A stretch of 64,000 nt of DNA from Acidobacteria bacterium Ga0077551 (GTDB taxonomy: Bacteria; Pseudomonadota; Alphaproteobacteria; Caulobacterales; Hyphomonadaceae), in NCBI GenBank assembly GCA_001464545.1, contig LNFC01000011.1, positions 817 through 64,816 of the forward strand. Direction: 5' to 3'. A program made the translations under genes and the position numbers. Under the pieces are notes generated by a model. It saw nothing but the letters and a program-made list of their open reading frames with translations. It searched no databases and was not told the origin of the DNA. Below are positions 37,173 through 45,770 of this stretch, piece by piece (the stretch's first letter is position 1; the number at the start of each line of letters is the position of its first letter).

Positions 37173-40100
37173 ATGCTAGAGCCGGAAGACCCGCCCCAGA
37201 AGAATGGGCATTTGCCGGTGCTGCGCGTTGCTGAAGGCGGCAACCGCACCGAAGAGGGGGCATATGTCCCCGTCGTAGCCATCGGCGCGTCTGCAGGCGG
37301 GCTGAAGGCTTTCATCCGGCTGCTCGAAGCTGTGCCGGATCAAGCGGGCATGGCCTTCGTGCTGATCCAGCACCTGTCGCCGGACCATGAAAGCCTGATG
37401 GCCGAGTTGCTGGGCGCGCGGACCCACATGATCGTTAGCCAAATTGAAGACAAGATGCGCATCGAGCGAGATTGCGTGTACGTGAACCCTCCGGGTCAGG
37501 ACGTCTCGCTGATGGGCAACACGCTCTCGATCAGTGCCCATCCGTCTGAGCGGAATGCGCCTTTGCCCTTTGACCACTTCCTTACATCTCTTGCGCTGGA
37601 ACGCAGCGGCCGGGCGATGTGTGTCATCCTGTCCGGAACCGGGCAAGATGGCAGCAAGGGCTTGAAGGCGGTGAAACGCGCAGGCGGCTTCGTGATTGCG
37701 CAGGATCCGCAAGACGCCGAAGCCGATGGCATGCCCCGAAGCGCAATCCAGACAGGCGATGTGGACGCCATTCTGACAACCGCGCAGATACCCTTCGCCC
37801 TGATGAACTGGAATGGGCTGTCCATGGATGAGCGCCAACCGGCGGCGCATGGGCAGGATGACCGTGTTCCGGACTGGCTGCACCAGGTGATCCAGATCAT
37901 CTTTGAACGGACGGGCGCCGATTTCCGTCTCTACAAGCCGGGCACGCTGGTGCGCCGGATTGCGCGGCGCATGGCGCTGGCGACCGCCACGGCGGGAAAC
38001 GGAACGGACTATCTGAAGCTACTGCTCTCGAGCCCGCAGGAATGCGAAGCCCTGGCGGCGGATCTCTTGATCAACGTGACGCGGTTCTTCCGGGATCCGC
38101 AGGTATTCGATTTTCTCGAAGCCAGCGTGATACCGGACCTCGTGCGCAATCACCGGCTAGACCGGCCGCTGCGCATCTGGGTCGCGGGATGCAGTTCGGG
38201 CGAAGAGGCCTGGTCACTCGCCATGCTGCTGCGAGAAGCGATTGAAGCCGACGGGCGTGGCATACGCCTGCAGATTCTCGCCTCGGACATTGACCCGGAC
38301 GCCATCGCGACGGCGCGCGCAGGCATCTATGCGCCGTCGATCGCCGGCGATGTGTCTGCCGAACGGCTGGCGCGGTATTTCACGCCGGACGAACGGGGCT
38401 ACCGGATCCGTGATGACCTGCGCGCACAGGCGGTGTTCACCGTGCAGAACCTGCTGAGCGATCCTCCGTTTGCGCGGCTCGACCTGATCTCCTGCCGGAA
38501 CGTGCTGATCTATCTGGGACCGGAAGCGCAATCGAAGATCATTTCGCTGTTTCACTTCGCGCTGGTCGCCAACGGCATCCTTCTGCTGGGCACTTCCGAA
38601 ACCGGCGGCGACGTCGGCGGGCGTTTCGAGATCGTGTCGAAACCCGCGCGCGTCTATCGTCACATCGGCCGGGCACGTTCGCGCGGAACGGACGATACAA
38701 CCACACATTTCGGGCAGGACGCCGAGGGCAACCTTTTCGTGATGGACCTTGAACCTGCACCAGACCTGCGATTTGCGGATGTTTGCCGGCGGGTGGTTGC
38801 CCGGCACTATACGCCCGCATCGGTGCTGGTCACCCGGGACGGGACCTGCCTCCACTTCCTCGGTCCGGTCGATCTCTATCTGGATGTCCCGCAAGGGTCG
38901 GCATCGCTGGAAATCCTGCCGATGGTTCCGCTGTCGCACCGCGCCGTTCTGCGTGAGGCGATCATCCGCACCGGGACGGAAGAGCCGTTGATACAGATTT
39001 CCGGCCTGAAGACCTCAAAAGCGGGTAGCACGGCAGCGTTCAGCACCGATGTCCGGTTTGTGCCGGATGACGGCGATGAACTCGTGCTGATCACGTTCCA
39101 GCCCCGCGCGGAGCTGCCCGCTCCCTCTGAAGTTTCCAGCAGCGACAAAGGCAGACAAACCCTGCGGCTGGTCGAAGTGGCCGGGCTTCGCCAGGAACTG
39201 GACCATACGACCCGGCTGCTCGAACGCGCGATGGAGACCGAGCGCAAGATCCGGCGCGACTCGCTGCGGCTGAACGAAGAATATCAGTCCACGAACGAAG
39301 AGCTGGTGACCTCGAAGGAAGAGCTGCAATCGCTGAACGAGGAGCTGACGGTTCTCAACAGCCAGCTGCAGGAAGCGCTGGAGCGCCAGCGGACGACCTC
39401 GGACGACCTGAAGAACGTTCTCTACAGCACGAACGTGGCGACGCTCTTCCTTGACCGGCAGTTGTGCATCCGGTTTTTCACGCCGGCGACGAAGACCGTG
39501 TTTGGCGTGATCGCGTCGGACATCGGCCGGCCGCTGGCCGATCTGCGCTCGCTCGCGGTCGACACGCAGCTGATGGTCGAAGCCGAGGCCGTGCTGCAAT
39601 CGGCCGAGATCATCGAGCGGGAAGTCTCGACACCGGCAGGCGCCTGGTTCCTGCGCCGCATCCTGCCCTATCGCAGCCATAGCGAAACGATTGAAGGCGT
39701 CGTCATCACCTATATCGATGTGCTGGAGCAGCACAAAGCGGTGGAGGCGCTGGAGGCGGCGATCCGGCAGGCGGAGCATGCGAGCATCGCGAAGACGCGC
39801 TTTCTCGCGACCGCCAGCCATGACCTGCGTCAGCCGCTGCAGACACTCACCTTCATCCACGGGCTGCTGGCGCGCGGCGCCGTCAAGCCCGAGGCCAAGC
39901 ACCTGGTGGACCGGATCGAGCAGGCGGTGGGCGCAATGTCCGGCATGCTGAACACGATGCTGGACATCAACCAGATCGAAGCCGGCGTGATCACCTATGA
40001 GCTGGAAGACTTTCCAATTTCGGAAATCCTGTCCAGTCTGCATACCGAATATCTGTATCACGCGGAGGCGAAGTCTCTGGAGCTGCGGATGGTGCCTTCA

Positions 40101-41549
40101 AGTGCGATCATCCAGACTGATCGCCGCCTGCTGCTGCAGATGATCCGCAACCTCCTGAGCAATGCGATCCGCTATACCGATTCCGGCTGCGTGCTGATCG
40201 GCTGCCGGCGCCGCAAGGGCAGCCTTCGCATCGAGATCTGGGATACCGGGATCGGCATAGACGGCGAGGAGCTGCCGAACGTCTTCGGCGAGTATCACAA
40301 GATCAACAGCCGGGGCCGGTCACCGACCGAAGGCATGGGGCTCGGGCTGTCGATTGTCCAACGCCTCGCCGACATGCTCGGCCACCGGGTCTATGCCCGC
40401 TCGTCGCCGGGACACGGATCGATGTTCTCCATCGAGGTGCCCCTCGCCCCGGCCGTGAACGGCAAGGCGGATGACAGCCTGCAGGCGATGGATCCGGTCC
40501 TGCCGAAACGGGATGCGGCGCTGACGGCGAGCATATTGCTGGCCGAGGATGACCCCGACCTGCGCCAGCTGCTTCAGATCTTGTTGCAGCAGGACGGGCA
40601 CACGGTCGCGGCGGCCGCGGATCTGGAATCGGCGCTGCAAGTGGCCGGCAAAGGCCGCAGCGCGCCCGAATTGCTGATCGCGGACTACAACCTGCCCAAT
40701 GGGCAGAATGGTCTCGACCTGGCGCTGCAGCTGAAGCGGACCATCGCGCCGGACATGGAAGTGATCATCCTGACCGGGGACATCTCGACAGCGACACAGG
40801 TGCTGATCGCCAAGGAAGAGTTCCGGCAACTGAAGAAGCCCGTCAGCCCTGCAGAGCTTGAGGCCGAAATCCAGCTGGCCATTCAGCGCGTCCGGCTGGT
40901 GCCGCGGGTCGTTGTACCGAAAGCGGAAGTTACCGCAGGCCACGCCCAGGTCGTGATTGTCGATGATGACAGGAACTTCTGCGACTCCCTGACCGGCCTG
41001 TTGCAGGCGGACGGCCTCAAGGTGCGGTCTTTCTCGTCGGGCGAGGCTTTCCTCGCGACCCTCAGCACGCTGACGGCCGCAGACGAGCCAGTCTGCGTGC
41101 TGATTGACGCCTATCTTGGCGGCCTGAGCGGGTTTGACGTGCTCGACGCCCTACACCGGGCGAAATCGCTGGCGGCGTCCATAATGATCACCGGCAACAG
41201 CGATGTCCGCATGGCCGTAAAGGCGATGAAGGCAGGCGCACTCGACTTCATCGAGAAGCCGATCGATGTCGCAACGCTTCGGCTCGCCATCGACCAGGCG
41301 CTGGCTACCGGACGGGATTCTGCCGCCATTGTTGCGCGGCGCACAGCAGCGGCCGCACAATTGCAAAAGCTGACGGCGCGGGAGCGCGAAGTGCTCGACC
41401 GGATCCTCAGTGGTCAGCCGAACAAGAATATCGCCGCCGATCTGGGGATCAGCCAGCGCACGGTCGAGAGCCACCGCGCCTCCGTGATGATCAAGACCGG
41501 CTGCAAGACGCTACCGGCGCTCGTGAGACTGGCCGTCAGGGCGGCGTAA
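37173..41549 (+). CDS. Multidomain signalling protein: CheB methylesterase - CheR methyltransferase - PAS - coiled coil - PAS - HisKA/HATPase - REC - REC - LuxR/FixJ HTH
   Basis: CheB-like IGASAGGLKAF...QHLSPDHES. CheR-like TRFFRD, WVAGCSSGEEAWSLAMLL. Heptad segment NEEYQSTNEELVTSKEELQSLNEELTVLNSQLQ. H-box ASHDLRQPL (His codon at 39819). G-boxes DTGIGI/GLGLSIV. REC1 LLIADYNLP. REC2 VVIVDDD...VLIDAYLGG. HTH LTAREREVLDRILSGQPNKNIAADLGISQRTVESHR. Confidence 0.85.
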   Translation: MLEPEDPPQKNGHLPVLRVAEGGNRTEEGAYVPVVAIGASAGGLKAFIRLLEAVPDQAGMAFVLIQHLSPDHESLMAELLGARTHMIVSQIEDKMRIERDCVYVNPPGQDVSLMGNTLSISAHPSERNAPLPFDHFLTSLALERSGRAMCVILSGTGQDGSKGLKAVKRAGGFVIAQDPQDAEADGMPRSAIQTGDVDAILTTAQIPFALMNWNGLSMDERQPAAHGQDDRVPDWLHQVIQIIFERTGADFRLYKPGTLVRRIARRMALATATAGNGTDYLKLLLSSPQECEALAADLLINVTRFFRDPQVFDFLEASVIPDLVRNHRLDRPLRIWVAGCSSGEEAWSLAMLLREAIEADGRGIRLQILASDIDPDAIATARAGIYAPSIAGDVSAERLARYFTPDERGYRIRDDLRAQAVFTVQNLLSDPPFARLDLISCRNVLIYLGPEAQSKIISLFHFALVANGILLLGTSETGGDVGGRFEIVSKPARVYRHIGRARSRGTDDTTTHFGQDAEGNLFVMDLEPAPDLRFADVCRRVVARHYTPASVLVTRDGTCLHFLGPVDLYLDVPQGSASLEILPMVPLSHRAVLREAIIRTGTEEPLIQISGLKTSKAGSTAAFSTDVRFVPDDGDELVLITFQPRAELPAPSEVSSSDKGRQTLRLVEVAGLRQELDHTTRLLERAMETERKIRRDSLRLNEEYQSTNEELVTSKEELQSLNEELTVLNSQLQEALERQRTTSDDLKNVLYSTNVATLFLDRQLCIRFFTPATKTVFGVIASDIGRPLADLRSLAVDTQLMVEAEAVLQSAEIIEREVSTPAGAWFLRRILPYRSHSETIEGVVITYIDVLEQHKAVEALEAAIRQAEHASIAKTRFLATASHDLRQPLQTLTFIHGLLARGAVKPEAKHLVDRIEQAVGAMSGMLNTMLDINQIEAGVITYELEDFPISEILSSLHTEYLYHAEAKSLELRMVPSSAIIQTDRRLLLQMIRNLLSNAIRYTDSGCVLIGCRRRKGSLRIEIWDTGIGIDGEELPNVFGEYHKINSRGRSPTEGMGLGLSIVQRLADMLGHRVYARSSPGHGSMFSIEVPLAPAVNGKADDSLQAMDPVLPKRDAALTASILLAEDDPDLRQLLQILLQQDGHTVAAAADLESALQVAGKGRSAPELLIADYNLPNGQNGLDLALQLKRTIAPDMEVIILTGDISTATQVLIAKEEFRQLKKPVSPAELEAEIQLAIQRVRLVPRVVVPKAEVTAGHAQVVIVDDDRNFCDSLTGLLQADGLKVRSFSSGEAFLATLSTLTAADEPVCVLIDAYLGGLSGFDVLDALHRAKSLAASIMITGNSDVRMAVKAMKAGALDFIEKPIDVATLRLAIDQALATGRDSAAIVARRTAAAAQLQKLTAREREVLDRILSGQPNKNIAADLGISQRTVESHRASVMIKTGCKTLPALVRLAVRAA

Positions 41550-41603
41550 CGCGCCGCCCCACCCGGATCAGTTCGGCATTGAAGTATCCGAAGACCGAAA
41601 CCG

Positions 41604-41912
41604 CTAGCGGCGGCTCCAGAGGATGACGCCGATGACCATGGCCAGGCCTGCTGCGAGGCCGAGGCTGGCTTTCGGGCGGTCTTCGACGAAATCACGCATG
41701 AGTTTGACCGCTTTGGAAGATTCCTTTTCCGCTGCATGGGCAAAGTGACGGACGCCGTCTTTGGCGTCGTGGACGACGTCACCGGCATACTCGTTTAATC
41801 CGTGCGCTGTCTTTCTGGCGGCGACGGCTGTGTCGTGGAACGCGGTGACGGCGGCGTCACCCATGTTCTTGCCGGCTGCCGCGAAGGAATTCGTACGATT
41901 TTCGTGGGACAT
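41604..41912 (-). CDS. DUF883 (ElaB/YqjD-like) tail-anchored stress protein
   Basis: MSHENRTNSF... with C-terminal anchor LGLAAGLAMVIGVILWSRR. GGAG RBS before ATG 41912. Confidence 0.75.
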   Translation of the reverse strand: MSHENRTNSFAAAGKNMGDAAVTAFHDTAVAARKTAHGLNEYAGDVVHDAKDGVRHFAHAAEKESSKAVKLMRDFVEDRPKASLGLAAGLAMVIGVILWSRR

Positions 41913-41977
41913 TATGGTTACTCCGGGAGGTTCACTTGACGGACGGGTTAGCCCGTCCTGCTTGACTATCATTGCGT

Positions 41978-42769
41978 CTACGCGGTCCGCAGTCTCGGAA
42001 TGTACGGCTCGGCGTCATTTGAAAGCATGCCGTGCACTGAACTGCCCGGCGCTTTTGCGACGAGGGCGGCGACCTGCTGCATCAGGTCACCCATGGCATC
42101 CCGGGCACTCAGGCTTGTATCCGTGCTGTAGCTGGCCTGGTTCTCTGACAACAAGACCGTCAGACGAAAACGTGCCCGCGAAACCCGGCTTTTGACGGTT
42201 CCCGTCGCGCACCCACAGACCTTCGCTGCTTCGATGTAACTCATGCCGCCTGCACCGACCAGCAGAAGCGCTTCACGCTGATCGACAGGCAGCAGCGCGA
42301 TCAGGTTACGGAGCGCGAGCAAGTCGAGTTCGTCGCCGCTTTCAGTCCCGCTCGCCGGCATCTCCGACATCGCATCATCCGCAAGCGGCAGCATCCGCCA
42401 GCTTCGGCGCTTGTAGGAAAAGAAAACGTTGCGGAGGATCGTGGTGCACCAGGCTTTCAGGTTTGTGCCCGGCTGAAAGCGGTCGCGGGCCATCCATGCA
42501 TTCAGGAGCGTATCCTGAAGCAGGTCATCCGCAAGGCTGGCATTGCTGCACAGGCTGAGGGCGTAACGCCTCAACTGGGTCAGCTCCCGCACCAAGGCTT
42601 CCTGAAAATCCGTATCCGGAACTTCACGCGGAAGTGTTGGAAAACGATCCGAGAAGGGCGTGACGACCGGACGCGCCCTTGGTAGCAAGACCGCAACGTC
42701 GGACGCCCTCGCACCAGACACAGGCCGGTACTTTGGAACTATACGCACAGTAGATTCAATTGCGCTCAT
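41978..42769 (-). CDS. ECF sigma factor, EcfG paralogue (SigU-like), no adjacent NepR
   Basis: Regions 2 and 4 are near-identical in pattern to the EcfG at 51804..52406 (LRNVFFSYKRRSWR vs LRNVFYSEKRRSWR; LLVGAGGMSYIEAAKVCGCATGTVKSRVSRAR vs ILVGAGGMAYEEAAQIIGCAVGTIKSRVSRAR). ATG 42769 has a GGAGGG RBS. The start is uncertain (ORF open to 42853). Confidence 0.75.
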   Translation of the reverse strand: MSAIESTVRIVPKYRPVSGARASDVAVLLPRARPVVTPFSDRFPTLPREVPDTDFQEALVRELTQLRRYALSLCSNASLADDLLQDTLLNAWMARDRFQPGTNLKAWCTTILRNVFFSYKRRSWRMLPLADDAMSEMPASGTESGDELDLLALRNLIALLPVDQREALLLVGAGGMSYIEAAKVCGCATGTVKSRVSRARFRLTVLLSENQASYSTDTSLSARDAMGDLMQQVAALVAKAPGSSVHGMLSNDAEPYIPRLRTA

Positions 42770-42939
42770 TGGGCTGGGCCCTCCAGATGGGCTGGTTCCT
42801 GCGCGGGCGATCCGCGGGGTTCGGGAACGAGCCATTCGTGTTCGTCTGAACACATGGGCAAATTGTATCGGGAATACTGATGCTGGTTAGCTTCGGGATA
42901 TCCCTAGGCGAGCTGCTTACGTGAACTTCCGGAAAGATT

Positions 42940-42964
42940 GGAACCTTTGCTCCCCTTACGCGCT
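42940..42964 (+). promoter_or_regulatory. Near-consensus EcfG-type promoter (GGAAC-N16-CGCT) upstream of the DUF4398 gene
   Basis: One mismatch in the -10 element. It ends 50 nt before ATG 43014. Confidence 0.35.
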
Positions 42965-43013
42965 CATGCAGCACGTGCCGTGCTCCACAAAGGGGCGGCC
43001 TGGGAGAATTCAC

Positions 43014-43367
43014 ATGTCAAAGAAATTCGGAGCAGCCCTGTTTGGTGCGCTTCTGCTTGCATCGCCTGTCGCTTTCGCGGAACCCGCGCGCGATGAACTC
43101 ATCCGCACCGAAGCACAAATCAGTGCGCTGAACACAGCTGACGCCTCAAGTGCGGCGCCCACCAATTTCCAGGAAGCGCAACTTCGCCTGAGCGAAGCAC
43201 GTGAAGCGGAAGACAAGAACAAGGACGAAGTTTCCCTATGGCGCTCTGCCGAAGCTTCGCTTCAGGCCGACATCGTCCAGGAAAAGATCAAGCTGAACGC
43301 ACTTGAGCGCACTGTCTCGGAAATCGAGACAGGTATCGCCACGCTGCGCCGCGAACTGAACTCGTAG
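43014..43367 (+). CDS. Secreted DUF4398-like protein
   Basis: Signal peptide MSKKFGAALFGALLLASPVAFA, followed by a helical Ala/Glu-rich domain. GGGAGA RBS. Confidence 0.65.
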   Translation: MSKKFGAALFGALLLASPVAFAEPARDELIRTEAQISALNTADASSAAPTNFQEAQLRLSEAREAEDKNKDEVSLWRSAEASLQADIVQEKIKLNALERTVSEIETGIATLRRELNS

Positions 43368-43373
43368 AAAGTC

Positions 43374-44267
43374 ATGACCATGAAACACATACTCACGAAA
43401 ACAGCCGGCATCGCAGCCCTCGCCCTAGTACTGGGGGCTTGCTCGTCGATGCCTGACCCGAGCCCGCGCCTGCTGGCGGCGGAAGCTTCCCTGCAACGCG
43501 CCAAGGCCGATCCGGCGGCGATGGAAACCGGCCGTTCCGCGGTCGAAAAAGCCGACGCAGCGCTGGTGCAGGCCCGCGACTATTACATGCGCGGCAAGGA
43601 CGACGAGTACATCCACACGATCCGGATGGGTGAAGGCTATGTCGCCCTTGCCGAAACTCGCGGCGCTCAGCGCGAAGCGAATGCCCGGATCGAGGCTCTG
43701 AACACCGAACGCGCCGAAGTGGTTTCGCAAGCCCGGCTCCGCGAAGTCGCCATTGCTGAAGCTGCAACGGCAACTGCTGAAAACCGCGCGGATCAATCCG
43801 AGTCTGTTGCCGCAAAGGCGGTCGCTGACCGGACTGCTTCGGACGCCGCACGGCGGGCCGCTGAAGCGCGCGCCGCGTCGCTCGCCTCCGAGCTTGACGA
43901 GTATGAGCAGACAAAGACCGAACTTGGCCTGACGCTGATCCTGAGGGACCTTCAGTTTGCGTCTGACTCGGCCGTGCTCACGCCGGGCGCCCAGAACCGG
44001 CTTGCACCGCTCGCGGCCTTCATGGCGAAGCAGCCTGAAGCGCGCATCCAGATTGCGGGACATACGGACTCCCAGGGAGCCGATTCCTACAATCAGAACC
44101 TCTCTGCGCAACGTGCGGCGTCTGTCGCAACCTATCTCGTGTCGACCGGCGTGACGGCCGACCGGATCAACAGCGTCGGCTTTGGCGAGAGCGTACCGCT
44201 GTCGTCCAATGACACTGCGGCCGGCCGGGCGATCAACCGCCGTGTCGAAGTGACCATTCTCGACTAG
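43374..44267 (+). CDS. OmpA-family lipoprotein with N-terminal DUF4398-like domain
   Basis: Lipobox LVLGAC. C-terminal OmpA-like domain with FASDSAVLTPGAQNRL...IAGHTDSQGADSYNQNLSAQRAASV...NRRVEV. Confidence 0.85.
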   Translation: MTMKHILTKTAGIAALALVLGACSSMPDPSPRLLAAEASLQRAKADPAAMETGRSAVEKADAALVQARDYYMRGKDDEYIHTIRMGEGYVALAETRGAQREANARIEALNTERAEVVSQARLREVAIAEAATATAENRADQSESVAAKAVADRTASDAARRAAEARAASLASELDEYEQTKTELGLTLILRDLQFASDSAVLTPGAQNRLAPLAAFMAKQPEARIQIAGHTDSQGADSYNQNLSAQRAASVATYLVSTGVTADRINSVGFGESVPLSSNDTAAGRAINRRVEVTILD

Positions 44268-44391
44268 GCGCCGGTCTGTTCAAGCACTTCACTTTCGCAG
44301 CCAGCCTTGCCTTCCGGGCCCAGGCTGGCTGCATCTGATTCTGACCAGCTTCACTTCTGGTTGCCTGCACCGGTTTTGATTGGGAATTGAT

Positions 44392-45261
44392 ATGGGACGC
44401 GAACAGTCCAGCGCCACGCCAAAAGGGCCACGGCGCCACACCCCTCCGGCCGAAGCCACCCGCAACCTCCGGCTTGCTGCAGACTTCCATGCTGCCTACC
44501 CGCCCGAGCTAACCGGCGACGGAGTACTTGTTCCCGGGCCGTTCGGCCTGAAACTGGAACGTTATGCGCTCCAAGGCGGCCGGCCGCCCCGTTCAATCCG
44601 TTCACTGATGGCCCACAAGCGCACTTTCGAGCCCGGCGTACAAGTGATGCAGCAAGGCGATGCCGGCGGCGTCGCCTATATCATCGAGCAGGGATGGACC
44701 TTTTCGAGCAGTGTCCTGCGCAACGGCTCGCGGCAGATACTGGACGTCCAGGTGCCCGGAGATGTTGCCGGCCTGCAGAGCCTGCCCGTTCCCACCGCCG
44801 CCAACGATGTGACCGCTATCACCAAGGTGCATGCTTTCGAAATCCAGCTTGATGCTGTCATGGATGCCATCTCGTCAGACGCCGACCTCGCGGCCTTCAT
44901 CTTCTGGCTCGCAGCCCGGCAGAATGATGTCGCCTCCGTGCGGATCATCGATATCGGCCGGCGCACCTCGGTCGAGCGGGTGGCGCATTTCATCCTGGAG
45001 CTGGCCACTCGCCTGCGGCTGGCCGGGATCGGAACAGACTCCGGATTCCCCTGCCCGCTCACGCAATACCTGCTGGGTGACGCGCTCGGCCTGACATCGG
45101 TGCATGTGAACCGGGTCTTGAGGGATCTGCGCACGTCGGGTCTGGCGCATCATCAACGTGGCTGGATCAGCCTGCTAAATGCCAGTGAGCTGAGCGCTGT
45201 CGCCGGGTTCAGCAGCGCCTATCTGCGCGGTACGGGTACTGGGTGTACGGACGCAATGTGA
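44392..45261 (+). CDS. Crp/Fnr-family transcriptional regulator (paralogue of 35804..36676) with N-terminal extension
   Basis: GVAYIIEQGWTFSS...VQVPGDVAGLQS barrel and HTH LTQYLLGDALGLTSVHVNRVLRDLR. ATG 44392 is preferred over TTG 44380. Confidence 0.8.
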   Translation: MGREQSSATPKGPRRHTPPAEATRNLRLAADFHAAYPPELTGDGVLVPGPFGLKLERYALQGGRPPRSIRSLMAHKRTFEPGVQVMQQGDAGGVAYIIEQGWTFSSSVLRNGSRQILDVQVPGDVAGLQSLPVPTAANDVTAITKVHAFEIQLDAVMDAISSDADLAAFIFWLAARQNDVASVRIIDIGRRTSVERVAHFILELATRLRLAGIGTDSGFPCPLTQYLLGDALGLTSVHVNRVLRDLRTSGLAHHQRGWISLLNASELSAVAGFSSAYLRGTGTGCTDAM

Positions 45262-45264
45262 AAC

Positions 45265-45292
45265 GGCGCCGCTGGTCGAGGACCAGGGCGCC
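45265..45292. terminator. Hairpin between convergent genes (possible bidirectional terminator)
   Basis: GGCGCCGCTGGTC-gag-GACCAGGGCGCC, a 12-13 bp stem with one bulge. No clear U-run. Confidence 0.4.
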
Positions 45293-45319
45293 GCCGTCAC
45301 GTCTGCGCGGGGCAGATGC

Positions 45320-45616
45320 CTATTTCAGCGCGCGGGTCGCTTCTTCGAGTTCGCGGTGTGCTTCGGCATCCTTGCCGGCCTGCTGGGCTTTTTCCGCCGA
45401 CTGATAATGCTTCAGCGCGTTGGCCTTTTTCTGGCCTTCAGGCGCCTTGTCCCAGGCAGACTTCACAGCCTGCATCTTGCCGGTGACGCCGGACTGGTTG
45501 CCTTCGCCCGTCTTGGCGCCAGCCGGCAGCACGGCGTGGCCCTCGTCTGTCGCAGTTCCCGCCGGCAGGACGGCGTGGTCAGCTTTGCTGTCCTTGTTCA
45601 TGTTGTCGTTCGACAT
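45320..45616 (-). CDS. Small hydrophilic hypothetical protein (98 aa)
   Basis: Strong AAGGAGA RBS, an internal HAVLPAG duplication and a Lys/Ala/Glu-rich helical C-terminus. Confidence 0.6.
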   Translation of the reverse strand: MSNDNMNKDSKADHAVLPAGTATDEGHAVLPAGAKTGEGNQSGVTGKMQAVKSAWDKAPEGQKKANALKHYQSAEKAQQAGKDAEAHRELEEATRALK

Positions 45617-45770
45617 GGTCTTCTCCTTGGGTTGTGCCCGGCAACCGGAACAGGCGCCGTGGGCACAAACGGTTCGCGGGGGATCGCCAACCTGAAATCA
45701 ACATAGTGCCTGCACCGCCGGCGGGCGTTGATGCAGGTTGGTTTCAGACCAAATGGTAATCCTTGGGCAG

